Positions 1-7,520 of a stretch of 25,943 nt of DNA are shown in pieces. The position numbers were made by a program, and so were the translations under genes. How positions within the stretch are numbered: position 1 is the first letter of the stretch; each line of letters starts with the position of its first letter. Below the pieces are notes generated by a model. The model worked only from the letters and a program-made list of their open reading frames with translations, had not been told where the DNA came from and made no database searches. The DNA lies in NCBI GenBank assembly GCA_024275415.1, contig JAJRZD010000040.1, positions 1-25,943 of the forward strand, read 5' to 3'. Origin of the DNA: an archaeon. Lineage in GTDB: Archaea > Asgardarchaeota > Thorarchaeia > Thorarchaeales > Thorarchaeaceae.

Positions 1-363
1 AAAGAGGAAGAGGACCTCTTCTGGATAACGGATTTTGAGAGAGAGTTCTATGACAGAGAAGATCCTGAGCGGAAAGGACATTATCACAACTATGACCTAT
101 TCTATCCCAATGGATATCACGAGGCTTTGTCGGGTGGTGAGAGAGATATCGAATACGACATCCTTGTGCGGAAGCTGAGGGAGCGTGGGCAGAATCCAGC
201 CGAGTTCCACCCCTATCTCGAATATGCAAAGAATGGGATGCTATGGCCTAGTGCAGGTGGGGGGCTGGGCGTGGAGCGATTGATCCGATTCCTTACGAGG
301 AGGGAGCATATCCGCGAAGTGACCTTGTTCCCAAAGGTTGTCGGTGAGCCTGTGGTCTTTTGA
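1..363 (+). CDS. asnA: Archaeal asparagine synthetase A (AsnRS/AspRS-paralog, AS-AR type), C-terminal part; 5'-truncated by the window
   Basis: Frame 1 is open from base 1: KEEEDLFWITDFEREFYDREDPERKGHYHNYDLFYPNGYHEALSGGER...SAGGGLGVERLIRF...FPK. The REFYDRE, NYDL and SGGER motifs and class II aaRS motif 3 (GxGxER) match the Pyrococcus-type asparagine synthetase. Confidence 0.85.
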   Translation, partial: KEEEDLFWITDFEREFYDREDPERKGHYHNYDLFYPNGYHEALSGGERDIEYDILVRKLRERGQNPAEFHPYLEYAKNGMLWPSAGGGLGVERLIRFLTRREHIREVTLFPKVVGEPVVF

Positions 364-520
364 TCCGTCCAAAGACTGCTTGGGCGGTACTCGTATCGCT
401 ATTCGACATTGATAGTTCGCTATTTTTGCATACTAGATGACAAATCGAGCCGAGAATGTCCAATATGTTGTTCGAAAAGACTTAACTTGATTACGATTCT
501 CATATTAATAGTGAAGAGAA

Positions 521-1438
521 ATGCAGTTGGCCCTACTAGATAGCGTTATCAAGAACGTCTATCTATTCCATCGAAACGGTACTCCATTACTTGATGTACC
601 ACTTGACGCATCCAACAAGCTCAGACCTGAAACTATCAAGGGCATGTTCGAACGACTGTTCGATGCGATTGACGAGGTTTTCACCGAGTTAGGACATACT
701 GACATCAGGTCAGTTACGGTCAATGATGGGCTCCTCGTGTACAAAGTGCAAGACCCCTTCCTTTTCACGGTATACACGAACAGACCAAAATATGAGGAAT
801 TTGCTCGTTACATGGTAGAGCAAGTGGAATACGAATTCAGCAGAGTATACAGCGATATTCCACGTCTGGGAACATCAGAGGTGTACGAATCACATTTCGA
901 CCCCTTTGAAGCAAGAATTAGAGAGATCTATGAGACCCTTGCCCGACTGTATCAAGACTATCCAAAGCTGATGGCATTCCTGCCGACTTTTGTACCGCTC
1001 TTCCGATTGAATGAGGTTCTAAGCCTCGGGCTCGACATAATTGCGGGATACCCTCACGACACCATCAAGCTAGTTCGTCAGCTGAACCCACTTTTCTCAG
1101 ATGCCCCCGAGCTAATTGATGCGATCGCTAGGACTATTGGCCGGTATTCGGGTTGTGAGATTGCAAAGCGTCACTTCGAACCATCATTAGTGCGTAACCA
1201 ATCCGATGTGCTTCATCTGTTGAATGAGATTTCAGTGACAAAGATTGATGAGTCAAACGAGGTTTTTGACATCGTGCTTTGTCCGGTTTGCAGGAATCGG
1301 GTATCCGAGAAACCGATATGCCAATTCTTCAGTGGGTTCATTGAAGGGGTTCTTGACAACCCGGGCATATCAGTTGAGGAAACGGCATGCAAAGCAACCG
1401 GTGCACAGAGTTGCAGATTCAAACTGAATATGTCTTGA
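521..1438 (+). CDS. Longin/roadblock-like N-terminal domain fused to a C-terminal V4R (Bet3/TRAPP-like fold) domain; paralog A
   Basis: The first ~110 aa show the longin-like pattern (VYLFHRNGTPLL ... AIDEVFTELG..IRSV ... LLVY ... FLFTVYT ... VEQVEYEF). The C-terminus has the V4R pattern IGRYSG, CPVC, ICQFFSGFIEGVL, VEETACKATGAQSCRF (C...E-x2-C-x7-C). Confidence 0.8.
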   Translation: MQLALLDSVIKNVYLFHRNGTPLLDVPLDASNKLRPETIKGMFERLFDAIDEVFTELGHTDIRSVTVNDGLLVYKVQDPFLFTVYTNRPKYEEFARYMVEQVEYEFSRVYSDIPRLGTSEVYESHFDPFEARIREIYETLARLYQDYPKLMAFLPTFVPLFRLNEVLSLGLDIIAGYPHDTIKLVRQLNPLFSDAPELIDAIARTIGRYSGCEIAKRHFEPSLVRNQSDVLHLLNEISVTKIDESNEVFDIVLCPVCRNRVSEKPICQFFSGFIEGVLDNPGISVEETACKATGAQSCRFKLNMS

Positions 1439-1454
1439 AGCAATAATTCATGAT

Positions 1455-1856
1455 ATGGTAGTTCACTCATCGATTGCAGGAAGATTTAACACCGATTTAA
1501 CTAAGAACGGACAAGAGGTGGTTCCTATCCAAACTGGTTTGATTGACCCGGACGACATAATCCTCATCAGTACCGAAGCGCTGATTGTGGTTGGTCTCTT
1601 TCTTGCTGTAGTTCTCGCATATCTTGTACAGAAACGCCATGCGAAGATAGCCACTGGCTGGAATCTTATCCTACTTGGACTGTTCTTCTTGTTTCTCCAT
1701 GCCACCTTTGATATGTTAGATACCTTACAGATTGACGATTTAATAGTAGATATCCTTCAAGTCCTAGATGGTTCGACATTTGTTATCGGGTTAATCATGT
1801 TTGCTATTGGCATATACCGGATAGCGGACTTTGGTGCGAAGAAATGGGGGTTGTAA
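1455..1856 (+). CDS. Small membrane protein with 3 predicted TM helices, paralog B; true start may be GTG at 1518
   Basis: Three hydrophobic stretches (EALIVVGLFLAVVLAYLV; WNLILLGLFFLFLHATF; STFVIGLIMFAIGIY). It aligns with the next gene. Confidence 0.75.
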   Translation: MVVHSSIAGRFNTDLTKNGQEVVPIQTGLIDPDDIILISTEALIVVGLFLAVVLAYLVQKRHAKIATGWNLILLGLFFLFLHATFDMLDTLQIDDLIVDILQVLDGSTFVIGLIMFAIGIYRIADFGAKKWGL

Positions 1857-1859
1857 CAG

Positions 1860-2228
1860 ATGCAGGACCTACAGATCGACTTTCATCCACCTGACGATAT
1901 ACTTGGGTATACAAAAGCATTCCTTGACGCTGGAGCTGCAGTGATGTTCTTTATTGTACTGATTGTCATTATCTATGCTCGGAATCGCTATCCAGTCATG
2001 GAACGAAATAGAACCTTTTTGCCATTGGTTCTCTTTGCAGTGATGGGCTTCATCAGTACGGTGATGGATGCCTACGATGAGTGGTTCTGGTTCAGTCCCA
2101 GTGCATTCTATAACACCATCTGGAAACCTATCAGGCTCTCTCTCTTTCTGATCGGAATCTTCATACTAATCATCGCGTTCTACCAATTCTATGAATTCTC
2201 GCAACGTCTATTCGGAGAAGAGAATTAA
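1860..2228 (+). CDS. Small membrane protein with 3 predicted TM helices, paralog B'
   Basis: Three hydrophobic stretches (AGAAVMFFIVLIVIIYA; FLPLVLFAVMGFISTVM; LSLFLIGIFILIIAFY). Starts 3 nt after the previous stop; its TAA overlaps the next ATG (TAATG at 2226-2230). Confidence 0.8.
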   Translation: MQDLQIDFHPPDDILGYTKAFLDAGAAVMFFIVLIVIIYARNRYPVMERNRTFLPLVLFAVMGFISTVMDAYDEWFWFSPSAFYNTIWKPIRLSLFLIGIFILIIAFYQFYEFSQRLFGEEN

Positions 2229-3127
2229 TGGATAACCTAGCAAAAACCGTGTACATTCTCCATCTCGATGGGACGCCTGTCCTCCGAGTTGACTTTGACC
2301 ATAACGCTACTGATAATTCGGATGATTTCTTTGGGCTCTTCAGTGGGTTCTCAAGTGCCATCAACACCTTTGTGAAAGAATTAGGGCATAAAGAGATAAA
2401 ATCTATCAGCGTAGGCGATGGCGTTCTGGTCTATAGTTCCCGTGAGCCATTGCTTTTTGTTGTTCATTCCACGAATGAAAGATACGAACAGCTTGCAAAG
2501 CTCATAGTGAAACAGATCGAATACGAGTTCATGGAATCCTATAGTGAGGTTCTCAACTCTGACAATGCATTCGTGCTCCATGATTTCTTCAAACCATTTG
2601 AGGCGACAGTGATCCACATCCACGACACTCTGAAGAGCCTCCATTTACATCATCCAGACCTTTTGGAGTTCCTACCAAGCTTCATCCCGTTGTCTGCACT
2701 GTATGAAGTGCTAAATATGGGTCTTGATGTGATTGAAGGTTATCCCAATGATACAATCAAAATAGTCCGGCAGCTTGACAAGTACTTCACACAAGAGAAT
2801 GATTACGAGATTGCTTCTGTAGCATTAGGACGATATTCTGGACACATGATTGCCAGAAAACGATTCAAGAATGAGCCTGTCATCGACCACGATAAGGTTC
2901 TCAAGCTGCTGAATGAGATTTCAGTGGTGAAGTTCGACTCCTCACAGGAAGTCTTTGATTTTCACCTTTGCCCAATTTGCCGTGGAAAACATGCAGGACA
3001 TCACATCTGTCATTTCTTCAGTGGATTCATAGAAGGCGCTCTGGACAATCCGGGCATTGACGTTGAAGAGATAACATGTAGGGCGAGCGGAGATTCGTCA
3101 TGCAGCTTTAAGTTGCATCGAATATGA
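2228..3127 (+). CDS. Longin/roadblock-like + V4R (Bet3/TRAPP-like fold) fusion protein; paralog A'
   Basis: Longin-like VYILHLDGTPVL ... LFSGFSSAINTFVKELG..EIKSISV; V4R region LGRYSG, CPIC, ICHFFSGFIEGAL, VEEITCRASGDSSCSF. Collinear with 521..1438. Confidence 0.8.
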   Translation: MDNLAKTVYILHLDGTPVLRVDFDHNATDNSDDFFGLFSGFSSAINTFVKELGHKEIKSISVGDGVLVYSSREPLLFVVHSTNERYEQLAKLIVKQIEYEFMESYSEVLNSDNAFVLHDFFKPFEATVIHIHDTLKSLHLHHPDLLEFLPSFIPLSALYEVLNMGLDVIEGYPNDTIKIVRQLDKYFTQENDYEIASVALGRYSGHMIARKRFKNEPVIDHDKVLKLLNEISVVKFDSSQEVFDFHLCPICRGKHAGHHICHFFSGFIEGALDNPGIDVEEITCRASGDSSCSFKLHRI

Positions 3128-3184
3128 TACACGCTCATTCACACAGACAACGATGTGGTCGATCGAATAGTGTTCTCTGACAAA

Positions 3185-3373
3185 TCAACCGCGAACTCGA
3201 ACGCCATGAACTTTCTTGTGAGCCCATTTGTACTGACGGAGTCTGCTTGAGGCACCAAATCCACAAGCTGCGCATTTCTTGTGTCGGACATGATATGATC
3301 TTCTTCCGCATCGTCTACATCTGATATGATGAGGGTTGTTCTTCTTGCCTTTCGAAGGGGTTCCTTTTCCCAT
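3185..3373 (-). CDS. rpl37e: 50S ribosomal protein L37e
   Basis: [10 protein letters not shown]..., zinc ribbon CRRC/CAAC, GFG.SSRLRQY.W; directly downstream of lsm, as is typical in archaea. Confidence 0.97.
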   Translation of the reverse strand: MGKGTPSKGKKNNPHHIRCRRCGRRSYHVRHKKCAACGFGASSRLRQYKWAHKKVHGVRVRG

Positions 3374-3379
3374 CAGTTT

Positions 3380-3652
3380 CTACTCCGTTTTCTTAGCGCT
3401 CTTTGGCGGGGGACTTACTATGACAACATTGTCCCCGCGCACGATGATCGTCTTGATTGATTCAACAGTTTCCTGTTTGGTTTCGGGGTCAATCGCAATC
3501 TCTTCGGCATCTTCAAGAATGAGATTCAGGTGTTGATCATATCCCCGAAGCTTTCCTTTCAGCTTTCTCTGCCCTTTTAGTTCCACCAGAACTTGAGAGC
3601 TTAGCGACTTTTGAAGGAGTTCCATAGGTCTACCTGTGTTCAAGAAATTCAC
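3380..3652 (-). CDS. lsm: Sm-like archaeal protein (Lsm/SmAP1)
   Basis: Sm1 motif (VLVELKG..KLKGKLRGYDQHLNLILEDAEE) and Sm2 motif (IIVRGDNVVIVSP). Confidence 0.95.
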   Translation of the reverse strand: MNFLNTGRPMELLQKSLSSQVLVELKGQRKLKGKLRGYDQHLNLILEDAEEIAIDPETKQETVESIKTIIVRGDNVVIVSPPPKSAKKTE

Positions 3653-3802
3653 CAGAGAATCTCATTCGAGAGCATACGGCCCCCGATGTTGGCGCTAGTC
3701 ACCGGACTGGACTTAAAAAGCTGACGATGAATCCGTCATTTTCCTTTTCAGACCGGGCAACCTTCGGTGACTTCAAAAGGAGGATGTCCGATATCATATC
3801 TG

Positions 3803-4312
3803 ATGCCAAAGATTGAGAGAATCAAAAAGCGACATCTGTTGAAGCGAAAACAACAGAAAGCTGAAATACAGCGGATTGAGCAAGGATTGGGCGTCAAAGT
3901 CAACATTGATGATAAGACCCAATTGGAAACGGGAGTTCTGGATGACGGGACTCGTGTGCTATTGTATGGAAGTGAGATCCTATTCTTTGAGAAAGACAAG
4001 AGATTCTTTCCCACACTGCACGCTCTTCTAAAGAGTATGGTTTCGGTTCCGAAAGTCACCGTTGACATGGGTGCAGTTCGCTTTGTCGTCAATGGTGCAG
4101 ACATCATGAGACCTGGCGTGGTTGCAGTTGACGATTCTGTCAGAGAGAACTCTGTTGTTGCCATAGTGGATCAAAACCATGGCAAACCTCTTGCAGTGGG
4201 CATCTCCAAAATGAATGCCGAGGAGATGTGGGCCTCAACCAAGGGGAAGGTCGTCCTATCGATCCATCATGTGAATGATCATCTGTGGGATTTCACGAAA
4301 GGCCAGTCTTAG
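3803..4312 (+). CDS. PUA-domain RNA-binding protein (Tma20/MCT-1-like); start moved to ATG 3803
   Basis: FFPTL...PKVTVDMGAVRFVVNGADIMRPGV...KPLAVG...KGKVVLSIHHVNDHLW is the pre-PUA + PUA signature. ATG 3803 gives the typical basic N-terminus MPKIERIKKRH. Confidence 0.9.
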   Translation: MPKIERIKKRHLLKRKQQKAEIQRIEQGLGVKVNIDDKTQLETGVLDDGTRVLLYGSEILFFEKDKRFFPTLHALLKSMVSVPKVTVDMGAVRFVVNGADIMRPGVVAVDDSVRENSVVAIVDQNHGKPLAVGISKMNAEEMWASTKGKVVLSIHHVNDHLWDFTKGQS

Positions 4313-6999
4313 TCCTCCTCATCACTCGACATCCTTGCCCGAACATAGGCAAGTGCTGCTTTGTAAATCTCTTTCGCATAGATGGGATCTAGCCCTGAGT
4401 TCTCTGCAAACCTATCCCGAGCAAGCGTTTTCTTTTCCGGGTCGACATATTTCTTTAGGATGTCCGAGATTGATCTATACCCTTTGTCGTAGAGGGCTCT
4501 TGCGTCTTGTTTTGGCAATGTATATTGATATCCGTTCTTATCGAAAAGTTCCAACTCCAAGATATCAGTAGACACAATGTCCGACCTTGCCCCATATCTG
4601 AGTTGTTCGCTAAAGAGTTCCATGCGTTTGGACAGCCTTTTCCTTTTAATCAACTGGTAATAGTTGCTCAATTTCATCGCAATCTCACTACAAATATTGA
4701 TGAGCGAGTCAAGGTCACCTTCTTCGATGCCTACTGTGCCTATATTCTCATTGTTGATAGTCATGTTCCGCCCCTCCTCGTTGGCAAAGGCTAACACATC
4801 AGGCATATCGGATTCATTAATCCATCTCTCTAGAGCAGCACCCTTTATTCGCATCCGTCCCAGGGTCAGTACATCAAACCATGCATCAGGTTTCTCAAGC
4901 CCTGCCGCCTCCAGTTCAATCTCTGTGGGATAGGATGTTCTTGGTCTGACTATCTGTGCTTCATCGAAAGATAATACAAGGTCAATCATCTGCGTGTCAG
5001 AAGCATCATTGTCGAGCGCATCGATTTCATCTTGTTTCTCGAGATATCGGATGATCCCAAGCCCCGAACGAGCTGCCGCCAGTGTGTTTTCTGATAGCCT
5101 ATATCCCTTAACTGAAGAAACGAATACACCCTTCTTGTTCATCCATCCGAGAAGTGACTTATACATATATTTCATGTACTCCAAGTAGTCGCCATGCTGC
5201 ACACCCCGATAGGTTTCCGAAACTAGTCCCATCACCGCATCTTCTAAGATTTCCCACGAGAAATGCTTGAGGTACATAGCCTCTCGAACAATTAGATTTG
5301 CCATGACGGAGGGATGAATGCCCCCAGGCCGAATTGGTTTTAGTGGTTTATGAAGAAGCGTTTCTTCTAGCTCCTCTACTGTCTGAAATGTCTTCGAGGG
5401 CTGTTCAAACACAAGATACACACTGCCCCCGTATTTTGCAAGGTGGTATTCTCCAATCCTTCCAGCTATCTGGAGATATCGGGATCTGGCGGATAGGAAT
5501 CCCATTGCCCGGTCAAAGAGAATCACGATGCAATCAAAAGGAAAGCTGATCCCTGCAGTGATTCCTGTGGTAGATACGACAGATCGCACCTTTCCAATCT
5601 TGACTTTTTCTTCAAGACGTCTACGAACTTCAGAACGCAATCCTGAATGGTGGAATGCGACACCTTGCTTGAGAAACTCGTATAGTTGACCAGCGACAGG
5701 TAAGGTCTTGTCCTTTCCCACGACATATTCAGGAAGTGACTGATCAATGCTCCTAGGCCAGTGCCTTGAGATGACTCCAGCAAAGAATATCGCTTGGTAT
5801 CTGGAGGAAACCACAACAAGGATGGATTTTCTCTCATAGTCTCCCAAGTGTTCGATTATTGACTCGAGGACATACTCTTTCTGAAGAAGTGTTTTCTGCG
5901 TTCCATCGCTACTTGCAATCAGTACTCCATCATCCTCTTTCGTGACAATGAACTCGTCTGGACTGAGCCTAACACTAGGCCTGAACACTTTGGCATCCAG
6001 CCACTGCGCGATGGAATCAGTATCACCAAATCTTGATGACAATGTGATAATCCGTGATCTCCTCTTCAACAGCGTAATCAAAAGATCCAATCTTGAACTT
6101 CGATCAGTTCCCAAATTACTTGCAGTAACCTCCTGGATTGAAGAATCTAGCTCAGTCAGCTCATCAACAATGGTCAGCCGTATCTTGGAAACCCATTCTT
6201 CTGCCTGAAGGACATCAGAAAGGACGGCCTCATAGACTCCAACCACAATGTCAGCGTTGACCAGATCATCAACGGTGATTTTTTGTGTCCCATCAAGTCG
6301 TACAACTGAATATCCTAGATCCTTGAACAACTCCCCATACTCATTGATGACCTGTGTGTTGAGAGAAAGATATGGACTGATATAGAGACATTTCCGATTC
6401 TTCTGAAGGTTCATGAGAACCGCCACCATAGCTAAGACAGTCTTTCCGGATCCAGGGGGCATCTGAATAATGATGTTCTCGTCAAGACTCCCAATCTCGC
6501 GAAGAAAATTTTCCTGTGTTGGTAGAAGCTTGGTGTAGTTCTTATGGCGTAAAAGAACCTTGGCTATTTTGAAAAGTTCATTGTCTTTGGAGATTGGTCC
6601 AATCATTTCCTCGATTGCAGATAGTGCAAGTCGTCCTTCGTGAGTGACCATGAATCGTCGTTGTTTCTTCCGCTTATCTCCCAATGCCTGTACGTAACCT
6701 GCTTTGACAAGCTTGTTCATGCTCTCATAGAGTGTCCCACCGGTGGTAAGCTTCTTCCGAGCATTGTCATAATTGACCATTTCATCAGACCGCTCCCCAT
6801 CAGGACGGGACTTCGGTATATTATAGCCCATATTGGATAGAAGTCCTTCCACAATTTCTTCCCATCCCATTTCAGGGATTATATCACCAGCTTCTGGATT
6901 GAGAACCTGAAGTATCTCGATTGCATAACGATTTCCTAAGGACCTAAGATTGGCTCTCAATCCTTTGAGGTCATCGATTTCAGGTTTTTCCGCAGGCAT
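4309..6999 (-). CDS. Ski2/Hel308-like SF2 helicase with an N-terminal winged-helix (ArsR/MarR-like) domain and divergent helicase motifs
   Basis: Walker A MPPGSGKT, Ia YISPYLSL, II IVDELT, III LSSR, AFHHSGL, V STTGITAGISFP, VI QIAGRIG, and a C-terminal HhH-like ARALYDKGYRSISDI. The N-terminus has wHTH hallmarks (LRSLGNRYAIEILQVL ... TLYESMNKLVKAGYV ... RFMVTHEGRLAL). ATG 6999 is preferred over GTG 7008. Confidence 0.8.
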   Translation of the reverse strand: MPAEKPEIDDLKGLRANLRSLGNRYAIEILQVLNPEAGDIIPEMGWEEIVEGLLSNMGYNIPKSRPDGERSDEMVNYDNARKKLTTGGTLYESMNKLVKAGYVQALGDKRKKQRRFMVTHEGRLALSAIEEMIGPISKDNELFKIAKVLLRHKNYTKLLPTQENFLREIGSLDENIIIQMPPGSGKTVLAMVAVLMNLQKNRKCLYISPYLSLNTQVINEYGELFKDLGYSVVRLDGTQKITVDDLVNADIVVGVYEAVLSDVLQAEEWVSKIRLTIVDELTELDSSIQEVTASNLGTDRSSRLDLLITLLKRRSRIITLSSRFGDTDSIAQWLDAKVFRPSVRLSPDEFIVTKEDDGVLIASSDGTQKTLLQKEYVLESIIEHLGDYERKSILVVVSSRYQAIFFAGVISRHWPRSIDQSLPEYVVGKDKTLPVAGQLYEFLKQGVAFHHSGLRSEVRRRLEEKVKIGKVRSVVSTTGITAGISFPFDCIVILFDRAMGFLSARSRYLQIAGRIGEYHLAKYGGSVYLVFEQPSKTFQTVEELEETLLHKPLKPIRPGGIHPSVMANLIVREAMYLKHFSWEILEDAVMGLVSETYRGVQHGDYLEYMKYMYKSLLGWMNKKGVFVSSVKGYRLSENTLAAARSGLGIIRYLEKQDEIDALDNDASDTQMIDLVLSFDEAQIVRPRTSYPTEIELEAAGLEKPDAWFDVLTLGRMRIKGAALERWINESDMPDVLAFANEEGRNMTINNENIGTVGIEEGDLDSLINICSEIAMKLSNYYQLIKRKRLSKRMELFSEQLRYGARSDIVSTDILELELFDKNGYQYTLPKQDARALYDKGYRSISDILKKYVDPEKKTLARDRFAENSGLDPIYAKEIYKAALAYVRARMSSDEED

Positions 7000-7117
7000 A
7001 ACCACCACTCACTAATTCCGAGTAATCCAAGGTAAAATCTGTTTCGAATAGAGTTTCGGATAATACTCGCCCTTTTCTTTACGTCTGTTCTACTTCTGAT
7101 TGTCGAGGTGAATGTGT

Positions 7118-7516
7118 GTGAGATTTTTGTTCAAGCGCAAGGGTGAAGAAAGTAGTTCGGGTGAAACTGCTGGAATATCTCCAGATTCAAGATTGGGTGT
7201 GTTCTCTCCTATCTCAGAACCCCCGCAACCAGATCCTGTTCGTGAATGTAAACGACTTGCAGAGCTTGATGAAATCTTCATTCGATCCAAGAGTCTGACT
7301 TCACTGGACGATGTTCCTTTTATCGTGGATCAGATTCGTAATGGAAACATAGTCCTGCTCGATATTGGTCGTCTGAACGATGGGCGTGAGCAGACACACC
7401 TTGAATTGAAACGCATCATTGAACGAATCCGAGGAGAAACGCGTAGTTATCGTGCTGACATCGCCCTAGTCAACGATTCCACTGTGATTGTAGCACCATC
7501 ATTTGTGCGATTCTGA
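7118..7516 (+). CDS. sepF: Cell division protein SepF (archaeal type); likely GTG start at 7118
   Basis: SLTSLDDVPFIVDQIRNGNIVLLDI...LKRIIERIR...DIALV...VIVAP core and an amphipathic basic N-terminus (RFLFKRK). GAGGTGA at 7105-7111 sits 6 nt before GTG 7118. Confidence 0.85.
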   Translation: MRFLFKRKGEESSSGETAGISPDSRLGVFSPISEPPQPDPVRECKRLAELDEIFIRSKSLTSLDDVPFIVDQIRNGNIVLLDIGRLNDGREQTHLELKRIIERIRGETRSYRADIALVNDSTVIVAPSFVRF

Positions 7517-7520
7517 GTAT

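Noticed and set aside
396-424. TCGCTATT repeated twice upstream of the longin-V4R cassette
   Set aside because: Short, only two copies and far from the likely TATA box; insufficient to call an operator.
1455-2228. 3-TM proteins as SemiSWEET/PQ-loop transporters
   Set aside because: No PQ motif in TM1 of either protein; fold similarity cannot be excluded without modelling.
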